A DNA stretch of 64,000 nt from Chiloscyllium plagiosum (taxonomy: Eukaryota), in assembly GCF_004010195.1 (NCBI RefSeq), contig NC_057719.1, positions 72,886,088-72,950,087 on the forward strand, read 5' to 3'. The notes under the pieces are model-generated. The model saw nothing but the letters and a program-made list of their open reading frames with translations. It was not told where the DNA came from and searched no databases. Position numbers and translations under genes: made by a program. Numbering within the stretch: position 1 is the first letter of the stretch; every line of letters begins with the position of its first letter. Positions 1 to 64,000 of this stretch are shown here, one piece after another.

Positions 1-1130
1 GAAGACACGAGTCATTTTGCAAAAGTTCAAAAGAGTGAGGGGGCAGAATTGAGTATGATGGCCATCACCAAGGAGGTGATGCTAGAAAAACTGAATGGCC
101 TGAAGGTAGGTTAATCACCTGGACCAGATGGACTACACCCCAGAATTCTAAGGGAGACAGCTGAAGAAACAGTGGAGACATTAATGGTGATCTTTCAGGA
201 ATCACTAGAGTCAGCCAAAGGACTGAAAATCACTAACGACACCTGTGTTTAAAAAGGTAGTAAGGCAATAAAAAAGAAAACGACTGATCGATTAGTCTAA
301 TTCTTTAAGGAAGTATTGAGCATGTTAGACTAAGGACAGCCAATGGATGTTATCTATCTGGGCTTCAAGAAGGCCTTTGATAATATGCCGCAGAGGAGGC
401 TACTGAGTAAGGGGAGGTCCCATGGTGTTCGAAGCAAGGTGCTAGCATGGATAGAAGCTTGGCTGTCTGGCAGAAAGCAGAGAGTGGGGATAAAAGGGCC
501 CTTCTCAGGATGGCAGCTAGTAACAAATGGCGTTCTGCAAGACTCCGTGTTGGGACCACAACTTTTCATTTTATACATTGTCAATCTAGATGAAGGAACT
601 GGCTAGGTTTGCAGACAACACAAAGATAGGTAGAGGGATAGGGAGGAGGCAGGGAGGCTGCAGAAGGATTTGGACAGGTTAGGAGAGTGAGCAAACAAGT
701 GGCAGATGGGAAAGTGTGAGGTCATATACTTTGATAGGAAGAATAGAGGCATGGGGTCTAGTTAAAACTTACAAAATATTGAATAGCCTGGACACAGTGG
801 ATGTTGGGAAGATGTTTCCATTGTTAGGAGAGACTAGTTACCAGAGGGCACAGTCTTAGAGCAAAGGAAAGACCTTTCAGGATGCAGATAAGGAGAAAAC
901 TGTTCAGCCAGCGTGGTGAATCTATGGAATTCATTGCCAAAGAAGGATGTGGAGGCCAGGTCAATAAGTGTATTTAAGACTGAGATAGATATGTTCTTGA
1001 TTGTCAAGGAGATCAAGGGTTACGGATAAAAACAGGGAGAATGGGAAACCTATCATCCATGTTTGAATGGCGGAGCCGACTCAATGGGCTGAATGGCTTA
1101 ACTTCTGCTCCTGTGTTTTATGGTCTTATA
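1..1130 (+). mobile_element. CR1 LINE 3' portion, decayed with internal deletions
   Basis: RT motifs DVIYLGFKKAFD and GVLQDSVLGPQLF; CR1-type 3' UTR tgggctgaatggc...tatggtcttat. Confidence 0.88.
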
Positions 1131-1134
1131 GCCT

Positions 1135-1555
1135 TCACAGATTCTCAGTTTGAAAGGTAGTGTTGAGGAAGCCTTCGGGATTTCCCACCGTGCATCTTGT
1201 GACTGGTATACACAACATACATGGCACCATTAGTGGAAGATGTGCATGGTTATGTGGGGTGCCACCAAAGCAGGTTGCTGTGTATCGAATATCAAACTTA
1301 TTAAATTTTATTGGCGCTGCACTCATCATGGCCAACGAAGGATATTTAATACGAATCTTGACAAGTGTCAAGTAGGTGGTATAAAGGCTTTTGAGAGTCA
1401 GGAGCCGGGTTACTCATTGCAGAATGCTTAGCATTTTACCCTGTTCTTGCAGCCACAGCATCTACATAGCTGTTTTAATTCAGACTGTAGATGGAGGATT
1501 CAACAATGACAACACCATTATGTAATGAAGATGATTTGACTCACTTAGCGGACAC
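1135..1555 (-). mobile_element. Family-B LINE fragment
   Basis: Reverse complement resembles 16250-16700. Confidence 0.5.
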
Positions 1556-1566
1556 GGTTATTCTTT

Positions 1567-1694
1567 AGGTAAAAATGAGGACTGCAGATGCTGGAAACCT
1601 GAGTCTGGATTAGAGTGATACTAGAAAAGCACAGGAGGGCAGGTAGCATCTAAGGAGCAGGAAAATCGACGTTCCGCGCAAAAGCCCTTCATCA
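1567..1694 (-). mobile_element. Short non-autonomous hammerhead-bearing element
   Basis: Minus strand starts TGATGAAGGGCTTTTGCGCGGAACGTCGATTTTCC; 9-bp TSD ttattcttt at 1558-1566 and 1695-1703. Confidence 0.8.
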
Positions 1695-1889
1695 TTATTC
1701 TTTGTCATTTGTATGTTGTGAATGCAATTTGTTGCTCATCACCAGGATGTGAGGTGAAAATGAACATCCTTGACTTCAAGGCCACATTAGTCTGAATTTG
1801 GCCTTCAAGGCTCCCCAGCAAAACTTGTGTAAATAGGAATCAGGGGAAAATCTCCCAAATAGTTGAAGTCACTTTTGAGTTATCATTCC

Positions 1890-2176
1890 TAGGATGATGA
1901 CCTCAGCGTGTACGAGTGGGCATAACCTCAAATTACGGGGAAATAGATTTAGGACAGATGTCAGAAGCAGGTTCTTTACGCAGAGAGTGGTATGGGCGTG
2001 GAATACACTACCTGCTAATGCAGTCAACTCAGCCACATGAAGAAGATTTAAACAATCCTTAGATAAGCACATGGATGATTTTGGGATAGTGTAGGGTATG
2101 AGCTGAGAATAGTTCGCAGGTCAGCGCAATATCAAGGGCCGAAGGGCCTGTTCTGCGCTGTATTGTTCTATGTTCA
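1890..2176 (+). mobile_element. CR1 LINE 3' end
   Basis: FFTQRVVWAWNTLP motif; tail gggccgaagggcctgttctgcgctgtattgttctatgtt. Confidence 0.85.
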
Positions 2177-3055
2177 AGCACAAAGGAAGATAGTTGTGGT
2201 TGTTGCAGGTAATTATATAACTCTCAAGACATCACGACACGAGTTTTGCATGGTAGAACCTTCTATGCTCAACCATCTTCAGCTGCTTCATCAGTGACCT
2301 TCCCTGCATCAAAATGTCAGAAATGGAAATGTTCGCTGTTGAGTGCACAACATTTGTCACAGACCATGACTCCTCAGATACGAAAGTTGTCCACATTCAT
2401 ACGCAGCAACATAGAGACGTTCAGGCTAGTGCTGACAAGTGGAAAGAAACAACTGTCACACCAAACAAGTATCATATCCAGCAGGAGAGAATCCAACATC
2501 TCCTCTTGACATCCTGGGGTGGGGGTGTTACCTTTCACCAAAAACTGTACTGGTTCTGCAAAATCAATATTATAGCTACAAGAAAAGTCCAGAGACTGGG
2601 GATTTTGAGATGAATAACTCTCCTGCTGACTCCTCCAAGTGTGTCAACCATCTATAAGGTACAAGCCAGGCGTCTGATGGCCTGGACGAATGCAGTTCCA
2701 TCACTACACTAAAAGCTCAACACCTTTCAGGACAAAGCTGCAAACCTGTCCACCAGATGCAGCACAAAATCTTACCAAGGCACTTTTGGCAGTGTCTTTA
2801 AAGTCTATGACTTCTGACTTTTTTCTCAGAACGAAAGGGCAGAAGCACATGGAAACAGAACCTTCTGCAAGTCGCCCTCTGAGCCACATCATGAACTACA
2901 TCACGTTCCTTAACTGTCATTGCTTGAAAATCTTGGACCACCCTTCCCACACTACTGGAACTGCAGTGTTTCAAGGCAGTGGCCCATCAGTAGGTTTCTT
3001 TGGGATGGCTAGTAAATGCTCGTGTAGCCATAAAAAAACCTGTGAAACAATAAAT
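2177..3055 (+). mobile_element. Family-B LINE (CR1/L2 group) 3' portion, decayed
   Basis: Collinear with 15900-16985. Confidence 0.7.
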
Positions 3056-3561
3056 AACATATTGCCTTAAAACCTGTGCCCCTTCATTTTCCTCTAATCC
3101 TACAGCCCTCTTTAAAGCTCCATCTCCGATGAAACATTTCTCTCAGTTCCTCTTTCTTTCAGTTCACACCTGCACAAAACAAACTGTTAAAAATATGTAT
3201 CTTAAATACAGGCTATTACTGCTAATATTACAAATACACCAAATGTCTAAATCCATCAAGGCCTAGATTTCTGCTAGTTTCCACATTTGTGCATTGTTGT
3301 AGGTTTTTCTTTGATAAGTTGTACAATCAAATATAAATGTAGATCACCTCATGTACTTAGCTAGTTTTAGCTAGCCGGATATCTAATATATTAACATTTA
3401 CCTCAAGATAGATAAACATGTAAACCTTAGCAAACAATATTGTGATAAACAATTCTGTTCAGATTTAGTGTCTCTAGGTTTTCTTCTAAATATACACGCA
3501 CATATAAAACATATCCTTTAATCTCATCTATAAAAATATTCTTTCATTAAATAAATAACTA

Positions 3562-63524
<59,963 letters not shown>

Positions 63525-63629
63525 TCAAAAAGAAACAATTTTAGCTTTTTAACCAAGATATTCAAAACTTTTGCCTTCAAGCTGGTTGCCAGTTAGGTTG
63601 TTCAATACTTTTACTGACAAAGGACTCAC

Positions 63630-63635
63630 CTACTG
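63630..63635 (-). CDS. Candidate 6-nt HEATR5A microexon (CAGTAG)
   Basis: Minus strand reads tcttatgtctgcttgtttttatgttag CAGTAG gtgagt; frame-preserving in a phase-1 intron. No transcript evidence. Confidence 0.45.
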   Translation of the reverse strand, partial: Q

Positions 63636-64000
63636 CTAACATAAAAACAAGCAGACATAAGATCAGACAGTTCAGTCCATCATTTCATAAAAATAGATAT
63701 TCACCAATGCACCCCAATATCCAATTGTTCTTTGAATAAGATTGGAGTTTTAAATATTCACTACCTTTCCCAGAATTAAGTGTTATTTATTCTGTTGACA
63801 AAATTCTCTTTTACCCTTTCGTGGCCATCTACTCATCATACAGTAATGCACAAGATAGGATTTGTATTAGTTGAGTGTAATGAGCTCAAAATTCATATGC
63901 AGATCAGTACTGACATTAATAATATCCTTTTAGATGTAATTGCAGTTTGTTAAAAATGACCTGGATTTTGCAGTCGTAATGACACTCACTTTCAGCATTT

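Noticed and set aside
63955..64000. Possible end of the upstream HEATR5A exon (ccag|gtcatt)
   Set aside because: Translation does not resemble the expected HEATR5 sequence; the upstream exon lies outside the window.

Overview
Vertebrate genomic DNA, most likely from a shark (inferred from HE1-type SINEs and CR1-rich repeats). The window holds the middle of one minus-strand gene, HEATR5A: 20 internal GT-AG exons, 3345 nt, in one continuous frame, with start and stop outside the window. The introns are packed with decayed CR1 LINEs, a second LINE family, two tRNA-derived SINE families, a Gypsy relic, microsatellites and two assembly gaps. Main observations: (1) a family of short (about 95-195 bp) non-coding insertions with minimal type I hammerhead ribozyme cores, variable 8-19 bp target-site duplications (TSDs) and frequent fold-back structure; in one copy the core sits in the loop of a 62-bp inverted repeat. 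(2) A head-to-head GIY-YIG Penelope-like element with its own hammerheads and a 14-bp TSD. (3) Two frame-preserving candidate cassette exons in HEATR5A (6 nt and 51 nt) and a possible AG|GT recursive splice site. Family names and protein comparisons come from recalled sequence knowledge; no searches were run.
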